Origin: Candidatus Multivoradales bacterium
Lineage (GTDB): Bacteria > Acidobacteriota > Thermoanaerobaculia > Multivoradales > JAHEKO01
Direction of reading: 5' to 3'
Assembly (NCBI GenBank): GCA_965223855.1
Contig: CBDCXM010000002.1
Location: 96,001-160,000 of the forward strand
Length of the DNA: 64,000 nt
Within the stretch, counting starts at the first letter, position 1. Each line of letters begins with the position of its first letter. Shown here one piece after another: positions 63,748 to 64,000 of the stretch. Both the position numbers and the translations under genes were made by a program. The notes below the pieces were generated by a model that was not told where the DNA came from, made no database searches, and saw only the letters and a program-made list of their open reading frames with translations.

Positions 63748-63999
63748 TCAGGCGGCTCCGGCAGGAACGTACCAGCGCTCCTCCAGGGCGGCGATCCACC
63801 GCACCCAGGCTTCCGCTTCGGCGGATGACAGCCGCGGCCGCGGTCCGGAGTCGAAGAGGGCCACGAGCGCCTCCTCCGGCGACAGCCGGGTCCTGACCGC
63901 CCCGTCCGCGGCCTCCGCAGCGATCGTCAGCCGCGTCGCCCGGCGGACCTCGGCATCGAGAGGGGTGAGGCTCCTCTCAGGATGTCGTGCTTTGCCGGC
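63748..63999 (-). CDS. C-terminal end of a hypothetical protein (runs off window)
   Basis: Open frame from the window edge: ...EEALVALFDSG...WVRWIAALEERWYVPAGAA*. Confidence 0.5.
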   Translation of the reverse strand, partial: AGKARHPERSLTPLDAEVRRATRLTIAAEAADGAVRTRLSPEEALVALFDSGPRPRLSSAEAEAWVRWIAALEERWYVPAGAA

Positions 64000-64000
64000 C

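Noticed and set aside
195-63896. Many long overlapping or antisense ORFs in the track (e.g. 3622-5346, 30868-33642, 37373-39535, 55149-57551)
   Set aside because: Arg/Pro/Ala-rich shadow frames expected in high-GC DNA; they overlap well-supported genes and have no recognisable motifs.

Overview
High-GC bacterial chromosomal window, probably Acidobacteriota (Thermoanaerobaculia-like); the taxonomy is inferred from the acidobacterial-type VWA protein, the GspG-like pilin and the C-terminal tails. It is gene dense (about 45 CDS). I found no rRNA, tRNA, CRISPR or mobile element. In order it holds: a cbb3-type oxidase operon (cyt c, ccoN, ccoO, ccoS-like, an unlisted 49-aa membrane protein, ccoI, a DsbD_2/TauE-like gene); a 4Fe-4S/NrfD fusion with a frameshifted molybdopterin oxidoreductase; mmuM; a bacterial Elp3; a sulfatase-like protein; a VWA protein; prmA; a secreted pentaheme cytochrome; a nucleotidyltransferase / GHMP kinase / Na+ symporter / GH109 sugar-salvage operon; alpha-2-macroglobulin with pbpC; a giant secreted diheme protein next to a pilin with a likely sigma54 promoter; several GT-C glycosyltransferases; a K+ channel; an MBL hydrolase with an in-frame stop; and a LytS/LytTR pair. 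The most striking signal is that four dispersed secreted redox proteins from three unrelated families end in the same 15-19 aa motif, (I/V/L)(F/Y)xD(G/D)FE(S/T)GD(T/L)xxWS, usually followed by xxIP-stop. This looks like an uncharacterised C-terminal sorting or surface-display signal. Second, at least nine genes have a TANNNT hexamer exactly 6 nt before the start codon, suggesting leaderless transcription. All family assignments come from motif recognition by eye, not database searches.
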